64,000 nt of DNA from Octopus vulgaris (lineage: Eukaryota), in NCBI GenBank assembly GCA_951406725.2, contig OX597843.1, forward strand, positions 15,562,001 to 15,626,000. The letters run 5' to 3'. Every line of letters begins with the position of its first letter. Within the stretch, counting starts at the first letter, position 1. Position numbers and translations under genes: made by a program. Of this stretch, positions 53,965 to 64,000 are shown in pieces. The notes below the pieces were generated by a model that saw nothing but the letters and a program-made list of their open reading frames with translations, ran no database searches and was not told where the DNA came from.

Positions 53965-54855
53965 CCACTCTCTTTCTTTCTCTGCTTCCTCATACATTAA
54001 CATATCCCTCCCCTTCCCTAGGCTTTCTCTCTCTCACTCTTTCTTCCTTTCTTTCTCTCTCTCTCTCTCTCTCTCTCACGCATTCTGTCTCTCTCTCTGT
54101 CCCCCTCTCATTCTTTCTCTCCTTCCTCATACATTAATATATCCCTCCCCTTCCCTAGGGTTTCTCTCTCTCTCACTCTTTCTTCCTTTCTTTCTCTCTC
54201 TCTCTCTCTCCCACTCTCATTCTTTCTCTGCTTCCTCATACATTAATATATCCCTCCCCTTCCCTAGGCTTTCTCTCTCTCACTCTTTCTTCCTTTCTCT
54301 CTCTCTCTCTCTCTCTCTCCCACTCTCATTCTTTCTCTCCTTCCTCATACATTAATATATCCCTCCCCTTCCCTAGGTTTTCTCTCTCTCACTCTTTCTT
54401 CCTTTCTATCTCTCTCTCTCTCTCTCCCACTCTCTTTCTTTCTCTGCTTCCTCATACATTAATATATCCCTCCCCTTCCCTAGGCTTCCTCTCTCTCACT
54501 CTTTCTTCCTTTCTTTCTCTCTCTCTCTCTCTCTCCCACTCTCATTCTTTCTCTCCTTCCTCATACATTAATATATCCCTCCCCTTCCCTAGGCTTTCTC
54601 TCTCTCACTCTTTCTTCCTTTCTATCTCTCTCTCTCTCTCCCACTCTCATTCTTTCTCTGCTTCCTCATACATTAATATATCCCTCCCCTTCCCTAGGGT
54701 TTCTCTCTCTCTCACTCTTTCTTCCTTTCTTTCTCTCTCTCTCTCTCTCCCACTCTCATTCTTTCTCTGCTTCCTCATACATTAATATATCCCTCCCCTT
54801 CCCTAGGCTTTCTCTCTCTCACTCTTTCTTCTTTTCTTTCTCTCTCTATCTCTCC
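53570..54855. repeat. CT-rich minisatellite, about 11 units of ~105-135 bp
   Basis: Core cttcctcatacattaatatatccctccccttccctagg recurs with variable (CT)n. Confidence 0.92.
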
Positions 54856-55099
54856 CACCTCCTTATATCTTACCCTCTCCCTCTTCCTCTCCTTTTATCC
54901 CTAAGAAACCTTACTTTCTTGCAAATAAATTATATTTTCAGATTTACCTTCAAATTTCTCTCTCGCTAATTATTTTACCAGAAGCTAATTATTTAACTAA
55001 CCATTAATTACATAATTACTGTGTAGTTCTTAATTGAGCAAATTAAATAGCCGAGACACTGACGGACAATTTAAGAAGCATTTATTCTATGAATCCTCC

Positions 55100-55670
55100 T
55101 ACACCTGGTTTGACATCATGCTAGAAATAACAGCCCACTACACTCAGAGTTGCTTTGTTTTCATACGAAATTGAAAGACAATTTAAGAAGCTTTTATAAA
55201 ACTTTTTCCCGGATCTGGTCAGACTTCTTCGTCGAAAGAGAAACCAAGTGAAGAAGCGTCTATAAAACGTATTGGTGGTCAGGTATCTTGCTAGATATAA
55301 CAGCCCACTACACTCAAAGTTGCTTTGTTTTTCATACGAAATTGAAAGACAATTTAAGAAGCTTTTATAAAACTTTTTCCCGGATCTTGTCAGACTTCTT
55401 CGTCGAAAGAGAAACCAAGTGAAGAAGCGTCTATAAAACGTATTGGTGGTGTGGTATCTTGCTAGAAATAACAGCCCATTACGCTATACTTTACATTGTT
55501 ATCATGAAGGTCACTTTAAGGAGCTTCTAAGGAAATATAGTCCAATTGGGGATCAAATGTGATGCTAGAAATAACAGCCAAGTATGTTAAAGTTTGGTTT
55601 AGTGTTTCATATGAAAATGAAGGACACTTCGAAACTCTTCTCTCTCCTTCCTCATTCTGTATTAATATCT
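55100..55670 (+). repeat. Tandem ~180 bp duplication and related gctagaaataacagcc repeats; homologous block at ~58470-58740
   Basis: tgctagaaataacagccc..gaagcgtctataaaacgtattggtgg occurs twice in tandem. The motif also appears at ~8870 and, reversed, at ~46845 and ~52965. Confidence 0.75.
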
Positions 55671-58350
55671 CATCCTTCCCCTCTTCTTTTCTCTAATACA
55701 AGATAGACTCCCTCTCTTATCACACACATCATACCCTCTCCTTCTCTACTCCTCTCCCTCCCCCTCTTTCACTTATTTATGTTATTGCTTAACCCCCCTC
55801 CCTCATCCCTCGTTTTCTCTCAACTCTTACTCTCCCTCCCTCACAAAGCATATATCTCATACATCATCTCTGACTCCTTCCCCTCCCTCACTTTTTGTCT
55901 CTCCCCCTCCCTCTTTACCACCTCATATGTCATACTCTCCCTCTACCTCTTTTGCGCTCCGCCCCACGTCACACTCTCCCTCTCTTTCTAAACCTATGTA
56001 TCCTTCTCTCTCTCCCTCCACCTCCTTATATAATATTCTCTCATTCTCTTACCTCATTCTTTCCCTCCCTTTCTCCTCCCTTTCCCTCTCCCTCTCTTTC
56101 TCTATGTCTGTCTTTCTCTCTCTTTGCTCTCTCGATTTCTCTATTTCAGTCTCTCTCTTTCTCCCTCTCGCTTCTCATGTCTCTCTCTCTGTCTCCGTGT
56201 CTCTGTTTGTCTGTCTCTCTCTTTCTCCCTCTCTCCCTCTCCCTCTCTCTATTACCTTATTATATATTAATGCTCCGCCTTTTTACTCTTTCTCTCTCAT
56301 CTCATACTCCTCCTCTCTTCTTAACATTTATTTCTCTAATCCCTCCTCCTTCCTCCCCTTCTCTCCCTCCTTCTCTCTCTTTCTTCTCATCATTTTTACA
56401 GAATTACGTCGCCTTCCTCTCTTTCTCTCTCTCATTCTTTCTTTCTTTCTTTTTGTTTCCCTTTACTTACTTTCTCTTTTCTTTCTTTCATTTTCCTTTC
56501 TTTCCTCCTTTCTTTTTTTCTTTCCTTTTCCATTCTTTCTTTTTTTTTTCTTTCTTTCTTTCTTTCTTTCTTTCTTTCATTCTTCTTTATTTGTTTGTTT
56601 GTTTCTTTCTTTCTTCCTTCATTTCCCTCATTTTTCTTTCTTTCTTTCTTTCTTTCTTTCTTTTTTTAATTTTCTTATTTGTTTGTTTGTTTGTTTGTTT
56701 GATTGTTTCTTTCTTCCTTCATTTCCCTCATTTCTTTCTTTCTTTCTTCCTTCATTTCTTATTTTCCTTTTTCTTTCTTACTTTCTTTCTTTCTTTCTTT
56801 CATCCTTCTTTATTTGTTTCTTTGTTTCTTTGTTTCTTTCTTTCTTCCTTCATTTCCCTCATTTCTTTCTTTCTTCCTTCATTTCTTTTTTTCCTTTTCC
56901 TTTCTTTCTTTCCTTTCTTTCTTTCTTTCTTCCTTCATTTCTCTCATTCTTTCCTTCCTTCCTTCCTTTATTTTCCTTATTTCTTTCTTTACTTTCTCTT
57001 TTTCATTTCCTTCTTCTTACCTTTCATTCTTTCTTTCTTTCTTTCCTTCCTTCCTTTATTTTCCTTATTTCTTTCTTTACTTTCTCTTTTTCATTTCCTT
57101 CTTCTTACCCTTCATTCTTTTTTTCTTTCTTTCCTTCCTTCCTTCATTTATTTTCCTTACTTCTTTCTTTACTTTCTCTTTTTCATTTCCTTCTTCTTAC
57201 CCTTCATTCTTTTTTTCTTTCTTCCTTCATTTCTTTTTTCCTTTTCCTTTCTTTCTTTCCTTTCTTTCTTTCTTTCTTCCTTCATTTCTCTCATTCTTTC
57301 TTTCTTTCCTTCCTTCATTTCCCTCATTTCTTTCTTTCTTTCCTTTCTTTCTTTCTTTCTTTCTTCCTTCATTTCTCTCATTCTTTCTTTCCTTCCTTCC
57401 TTTATTTTCCTTATTTCTTGGTTTACTTTCTCTTTTTCATTTCCTTCTTCTTACCCTTCATTCTTTCTTTCTTTCTTTCCTTCCTTCCTTTATTTTCCTT
57501 ATTTCTTTCTTTACTTTCTCTTTTTCATTTCCTTCTTCTTACCCTTCATTCTCTCATTCTTTCTTTCCTTCCTTCCTTTATTTTCCTTATTTCTTTCTTT
57601 ACTTTCTGTTTTTCATTTCCTTCTTCTTACCTTCATTCTTTTTTTCTTTCTTCCCTCTCATCTTTCCTTCTTCAATCCGTCTTTCATTTTTCTTCCTTTC
57701 TTTTTTCTGTCGTTGCTTCGTTTCCTTTCCTTGTCTCCTTTTTCTCTCTCTCGCTCTCACCCTGCTCTTATCCTTCTCACTTTCTTTCCTTCTTTTTTCC
57801 TTCTTTCTTTTTTTTTTCTTTTTTTCTTTCATTCTTTCTATCTTTCCCTCTTTTTCCTTCTAACCTTCTTTCTTTTCTGTTTCCCTTTCTTTCTTACTTT
57901 CTCCCTTTCTTCCTTTCTTTCTCCCTTTCTTTGTTTCTGTCTCTCTTTCTTTCCTTTTTACTTTCTTTCTTTCTTTCTTTCTTTGTTTCTGTCTCTCTTT
58001 CTTTCTTTCCTTACTGCCATTCTTTCCTTCCTTCTTTTACTTCCTTATTTCCTTCATTCCTTATTTCCTTCTTTCCTTCCTTCCTTCCTTCCTTCCTTCC
58101 CTCCAGCCTTCCTTCCTTTCTTCCTTTCTTTCTTTCTTTCTTTCTTACTTCCGCTCTGATTTCATGCATTATTACAGAATCACGTTACTTTATTCCTTCC
58201 TTTCTCTTTTCTTTCATTCCTTCTTTTTTTCTTTTTTCTTTCTTCCTTTCTCTCTCTCTCTCTCTCTCACTCTCTTTCATTCTTTCCTTCCTTTTACTCT
58301 CTCTCTCTCTCACTCTCTTTCTTTCCCTTAATCTCATTGTTTCCCTCCCA
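55640..58350. repeat. ~2.7 kb polypyrimidine (CTTT/CCTT) low-complexity tract with internal sub-repeats
   Basis: Almost only C and T on the plus strand; produces F/S/L-rich spurious ORFs. Confidence 0.95.
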
Positions 58351-59156
58351 AAACCATTTCGACTTTTATAAAAGAATCTCACCTCTCTATTGTCTCGCAT
58401 CATTCGTGAAACAGCAACCAAACACCTTGAAATTTCTAAAGTTTTTATTTTATAAAAGCAGGACACTTGACGAAGCGTCTATCAAACATATTGTCCTACA
58501 GGTTGTCGGGTAAGATGGTAGAAATAACAGTTCAGTACATTATATTCTGCATTGTTTTTCATGAAAGATTGAAGAGACCTTAAGAAGCATCCGGAGGAAT
58601 AATACACAATTGGTGGTCCTACGTGATGCTAGAAATAACAGCCAAGTATATCAAAGTTTTGTGTTGTCACTCATATAAAAATTAAGGGTACTTAGAAAAT
58701 CCTCTCTCTCCCACCTCAGCATATATTAATATATCACCCCAAATCTAAGCCGAATACCCCTAACCTCTAAGCCACTTCACTCCAGCGACCATGCAAACTG
58801 TGTGATGATTGCAGGCAGAGTGAAAGGAAAAGTAAAGAATTGGAAATGTGAAAAAGCGAAATAAAAAACGAATCAGTGACGTGGAGTCGCAATCTGTACT
58901 AATTCCATTGATCAATGTTCGATATTTATCGATAATGTGTTATAAACACTATTTTATATTATTCTCTCTCTTTTTAATAATAGGCATCACTCGCCGTCGC
59001 TCCGTCCCTTTCTCTCCCTCCACACACCGCACGATGCTCTCTAAAGCGGTGTTCCATCCAGATGTCCTCACATCCGATTCTCTCATCAATAGGCGAACCG
59101 TTGTTCCGTCCGTCTCTTTGCCATTGTCGGCCGACTTGTGTGTGTGTGTGTCCATA

Positions 59157-59398
59157 TATTGGATTGGTGCATAATTATTGCGGCTTTTTTCAACAAATTT
59201 TATTCAACAAAAACAATAACATGTAACAAAAACATCTTTAAATGATTATTCCGGAGCATATTCACCATCTACTTCAATAACTGCTTCCCATTCGCTTGAT
59301 AGACGATCATGTAAAGATGTTTTTGATAAATATTTTTATTGTTTTTGTTGAATAATATTTGTTGAAAGAAGCCGCAATAATTATGCACCAACCCAATA
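59157..59398 (-). mobile_element. Mariner-derived MITE retaining transposase C-terminus
   Basis: ~60 bp TIRs (tattggattggtgcataattattgcggc / gccgcaataattatgcaccaacccaata). The internal minus strand reads DRLSSEWEAVIEVDGEYAPE*, like the mariner LxxRWxxVIxxxGxY end. Confidence 0.8.
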
Positions 59399-59869
59399 TT
59401 TTACCTGACCCTGGGATGGTGTGATATCTTGAATTGAGCGTGACATGGATTAAAGTGAGGGAAGGTTGCACAATAGCATCTGGCTCACTCTCTCGTCCCT
59501 TCCTCTGTGATTCCAGTGGAAGGATGAAGTCAAGAAAACTACAGACAGGTTGCAGTTCACCCTCCACAAAGCTTGCTGGTCCGTTGAGCCTGTCTAGTGG
59601 TTTCCTCAGCACACTCAACCGGTTCACATCCTTAGATAGACAAGCCCTAGTCCACCAATGGTTAAAGGCCGTGTGCTACCCTTACCATGGTTTAGCCAGC
59701 CTGTGGAAGCCGTGAGCCTGGGTGTGGATACTGTTGCATGCAGACAGCATTGATGACTCACAGGTGACAGGTGGGTGTCACAGGAGGAACAAAGCGGACG
59801 GACTACTCCAAAGGTCACTGCATATGCCTTTGACAGAGGTACTAATTGACCCCGTACACCTTGCACCCT

Positions 59870-60085
59870 AGAAAAAGTATTACAAGAGCAAAGAAAGCTT
59901 CAATTATGCGGGTCCAGAGTCGGCTTCTTGCCTTCAGACCCAGCAGACAACCATTGCCCGACCTGTGGCAAAGACTTCCCAGCACGTATCGGACTGGACG
60001 ACAACTGCCGGACACACCGTTACCCATCTCCTTCTCCCATGTAATGTATTTGGTCATCGTCGACAACGACGGAAGAACTAATACC
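59870..60085 (+). mobile_element. RTE-clade LINE 3' end (C-terminal zinc finger plus short UTR)
   Basis: HCPTCGKDFPARIGLDDNCRTHR matches the RTE CxxCGxxFxxRIGLxSHxRTH motif; UTR ggtcatcgtcgacaacgacggaagaac. Confidence 0.75.
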
Positions 60086-60114
60086 TGCCTCTGACTTGCT
60101 ATTCTCATACGATG

Positions 60115-60505
60115 AAAAAAGACTCTCTCTCTCTCCTACCTGTCTCTGTCACTCTATTTTCTCTCTCTCACTGTATATATCTCTGTCTGTCTGTGTGTCT
60201 CTGGCACCGTTGTGTCACCCGTCTCTCTCTTCCTGCCTGTTTCTCTCTCTCTCTCACTCCCACTCTATCTGTCTTTCTCTCTCTCTCTTTCTCCTCTTTC
60301 TCTCTGTGTCCCTATCTGCCTCCCTCTCTCTCCCTTCTCTCTTTCTCCCACTCTCTCTCTTACTCAATCTCCATCTATCTTTTCTCTTTCTCCTCTTTCT
60401 CTCTCTCCCTTCTCTCTTTCTCCCCTTCTCTCTTTCTCCCACTCCCTCTCTTACTCATTCTCCCTCTCTCTCTTTGTCTCTCACTCCCACTCTCTCTGTC
60501 TCTAA
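60115..60505. repeat. CT-rich low-complexity tract
   Basis: Degenerate (CT)n. Confidence 0.85.
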
Positions 60506-60963
60506 TGCCTGCCTGATGGCCACCTGACTGATTGATTTTCTTTTCGCATGATCGGACGGCGACGGTAAGCGGATCGATTTCGAATCACCGTTTGAGCAAT
60601 TCCACTGAAAGACGGACACACTCGCCAAAATTGGCGGGATGTTTATATTGTGGCCCACGAAAGAGACGGTTATCTGCGTCAGAGAAGGGGAAGCGAATCA
60701 ACGGTTTGAGTTACACTCGAACATACACACGCAAGAAGCGACCTTTGCCACTTCGTTTTATTGTCAATGAAGGACGGAAAGAAAATTTGACCCAAACGAG
60801 AGAATTTAATTAACAACATTAAGGGAGGTAATACATCTTATTCTACAAGAGTTATTGCCCTTGAACTGTTAAATTAAAGTTTCATCTTAAGGGTGATGAC
60901 AAGCAGTAGAGCAGCTGTGAAGGTTCCGTATGTATGTGTGTGCATATATATATACATAGACGT

Positions 60964-61880
60964 AGGAGTGGCTGTGTGGTAAGTAGCTTGCTAACAAACC
61001 ACATGGTTCTGGGTTCAGTCCCACTGCGTGGCACCTTGGGCAAGTGTCTTCTGCTATAGCCTCAGACCAACCAATGCCTTGTGAGTGGATTTGGTAGACG
61101 GAAACTGAAAGAAGCCTGTCGTATATATGTATATAGACTTAGGGGTGGCTGTGTGGTAAGTAGCTTGCTTACCAACCACATGGTTCCGGGTTCAGTCCCA
61201 CTGCGTGGCACCTTGGGCAAGTGTCTTCTGCTATAGCCTCAGGCCAACCAATGCCTTGTGAGTGGATTTGGTAGACGGAAACTGAAAGAAGCCTGTCGTA
61301 TATATGTATATAGACTTAGGGGTGGCTGTGTGGTAAGTAGCTTGCTTACCAACCACATGGTTCCGGGTTCAGTCCCACTGCGTGGCACCTTGGGCAAGTA
61401 TCTTCTGCTATAGCCTCAGGCCAACCAATGCCTTGTGAGTGGATTTGGTAGACGGAAACTGAAAGAAGCCTGTCGTATATATGTATATAGACTTAGGGGT
61501 GGCTGTGTGGTAAGTAGCTTGCTTACCAACCACATGGTTCCGGGTTCAGTCCCACTGCGTGGCACCTTGGGCAAGTGTCTGCTGCTATAGCATCAGGCCA
61601 ACCAATGCCTTGTGAGTGGATTTGGTAGACAGAAACTGAATAAAGCCTGTCGTATATATGTAATGCATATGTGTATATGTTTATATGCCTGTGTTTGTCC
61701 CTCTAGCATTGCTTGACAACCTATGCTTGTGTGTTTACGTCCCCGTCACTTAGCGGTTCGGCAAAAGAGACTGATAGAATAAGTACTAGGCTTACAAAGA
61801 ATAAGTCCCGGGGTCGATTTGCTCGACTAAAGGCGGTGCTCCAGCATGGCCGCAGTCAAACGACTGAAACAAGTACTGAA
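60964..61880 (+). mobile_element. SINE family 2 with four tandem 177 bp heads
   Basis: agg(a/g)gtggctgtgtggtaagtagc at 60964, 61141, 61318 and 61495; only the last continues into the SINE body and tail. Confidence 0.92.
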
Positions 61881-61909
61881 TAAGAAGAGAAAGAAAGAAA
61901 TGCACACAC

Positions 61910-61954
<45 letters not shown>

Positions 61955-62120
61955 TACACATGTATATATATATATATATTCAATAAATATATACTATAAA
62001 CATATGCATAGATATATACATACATATATAAAAACATACACACACACTCAAACATATACATATATATATACAGACGTCAGAGAGAGAGAAAGAGAGATAG
62101 ATAGATAGAGAGAGAGAGAG

Positions 62121-62195
<75 letters not shown>

Positions 62196-62849
62196 AAGAG
62201 AGCGGTTTAACAGATCTCAAGAGATTCTCAATGTAGAAAACACTTAGCAGCTACCAAACAGATTCAACTTCGACTCGGAAAGCTTTACCGACGACCAAGT
62301 CTCCGACATGAAGAGTGGCTGCAACAGAAATCCATGGATACACGGAGATAAAGACAAAGCAGAGAGTGGAACATCCTCAATCTTTGCTTCCTCTCTGCTA
62401 ACATCTATCCATTGATATTTATTTTATATATCAATCCCAACAAGTTTCACATGTTTATTTGCCTCATTCTCTCACTCTTTGTCTCTCTTTCTCTCTTTGT
62501 ATCTGTGTTTGTCTCCATTATGTAGCGGTTCGGCAAAAGACATCCGATAGAATAAGACGTAGGCTAAAGAAAAATTGCCGGAGTAATTTATTTTGGATTA
62601 AACATTTACAAATTGGGATCTTTTCATTTCTGAGGCCAATTTTTTCAAATTTTTCCTACTGAATCAAACAATTTGAAACTTCGTATACTGGTAGAATGTG
62701 TCAAAAGTAAACTTAATTGTAAACCAGAATGAAAATGGAATTGTAACTTCTAAGTTTAACATTGTTTAATAATTAGGATTTTAACCAATGGTATTCGGTC
62801 TTTCGGCTTCATATTATGTACTCCGTCTCGACCACCAATTTGGTGACGT

Positions 62850-62960
62850 AGTAAACATATGGTATGTGAAATGTAAACAAAACGATAACGATGAAATTTT
62901 TTACTCGGTGTATGTGTATATGCATGAATGTATGTATGTATGTATGTGTGTATGTATCTA

Positions 62961-63004
<44 letters not shown>

Positions 63005-63460
63005 TGTATGTATGTATGTATCTATGTATGTATGTATGTATGGCCGATTCAGTGTTTAGTTTTTTCGAGTGAATACTCGGTGTATGTGTATCTGTATGTA
63101 TGTGTGTGTATCTATGTGTGTGTGTGTGTGTATGTCACACATGGGATGTGAAATGTAAACAAAACGATGAAATTTTTTACTCGGTGTATGTGTATATGTA
63201 TGCATGTGTGTGTGTATGTATCTATGTATGTGTGTGTGTGTGTATGTGTGTGTATGTATGTGTGTGTGTGTATGTATCTATGTATGTATGTGTGTGTATG
63301 TATGTATGTGTGTGTGTATCTATGTGTGTGTATGTATGTATGTGTGTGTGTGTATGTAACACATGGGATGTGAAATGTAAACAAAACGATGAAATTTTTT
63401 ACTCGCTGTATGTGTATATGTATGTATGTGTGTGTGTGTGTATGTATCTATGTATGTATG

Positions 63461-63495
<35 letters not shown>

Positions 63496-63640
63496 GTGTG
63501 TGTGTGTATGTAACACACGGGATGTGAAATGTAAACAAAACGATGAAATTTTTTACTCGGTGTATGTGTATATGTATGTATGTGTGTGTGTATGTATCTA
63601 TGCATGTGTGTGTGTGTATGTATATGTGTGTATGTATGTA

Positions 63641-63675
<35 letters not shown>

Positions 63676-64000
63676 ATGTATGTATGTATGGCCGATTCAG
63701 TGTTTAGTTTTTTCAAGTGAAAACGATGAAATTTTTTACTCGGTGTATGTGTATATGTATGTATGTATGTGTGTGTGTGTATGTATATATGTATGTATGT
63801 GTGTGTGTGTGTATGTATGTATGTATGGCTGATTCAGTGTTTACTTTATTTCGAGTTAAAATGAAAGATTACCTTTGCTATGTAGAAAATAATGAGGTTG
63901 ACTCAATGGAATAATGACAGTGATCGAAGATATAAACAACATTTTTTTGGTAATCTTTCGTTTTAACTCGAAATAAAGTAAACACTGAATCGACCATACA
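62850..64000. repeat. Tandem composite repeat ending in an inverted repeat (possible foldback element)
   Basis: atgtgaaatgtaaacaaaacgatgaaattttttactcggtg plus (TG/TATG)n recurs about 5 times. 63822-63873 is the near-perfect reverse complement of 63949-64000. Confidence 0.75.

Noticed and set aside
55895-58371. Long ORFs of 754, 814 and 386 aa
   Set aside because: They come from a C/T-only tract that can hardly encode stop codons; F/S/L low complexity, open in all three plus frames.

Overview
Eukaryotic, AT-rich, extremely microsatellite-dense DNA. The tRNA-derived SINE families and the repeat load resemble an octopus (cephalopod) genome; this is an inference, not checked. I found no intact host protein-coding gene, rRNA, tRNA or CRISPR array. 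Almost all listed ORFs are microsatellite read-throughs or decayed transposons. Bases 1-45322 are a recent modular tandem segmental duplication with block order C'-A-B-D-A-B-C-A-E-C-A-B-C (A ~6 kb x4, B ~2.8 kb x3, C ~3.7 kb x3 plus a partial copy). The array is built from Tx1/L1-clade LINE 3' fragments, Penelope-like GIY-YIG fragments, SINEs and MITEs. Each B block carries a consensus-perfect type I hammerhead ribozyme on the minus strand. Bases 45323-64000 are single-copy transposon debris: hAT-Charlie, CR1/L2-like, RTE, mariner/piggyBac/Kolobok-like MITEs and SINEs. This part also holds several local tandem amplifications, a 2.7 kb polypyrimidine tract and a foldback-like element running off the right edge. 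The best leads are the amplified hammerheads, a Tx1 LINE sitting in (GATA)n, a SINE sharing its 3' end with that LINE, and readable rearrangement breakpoints. Coordinates were read by eye and may be off by a few bases.
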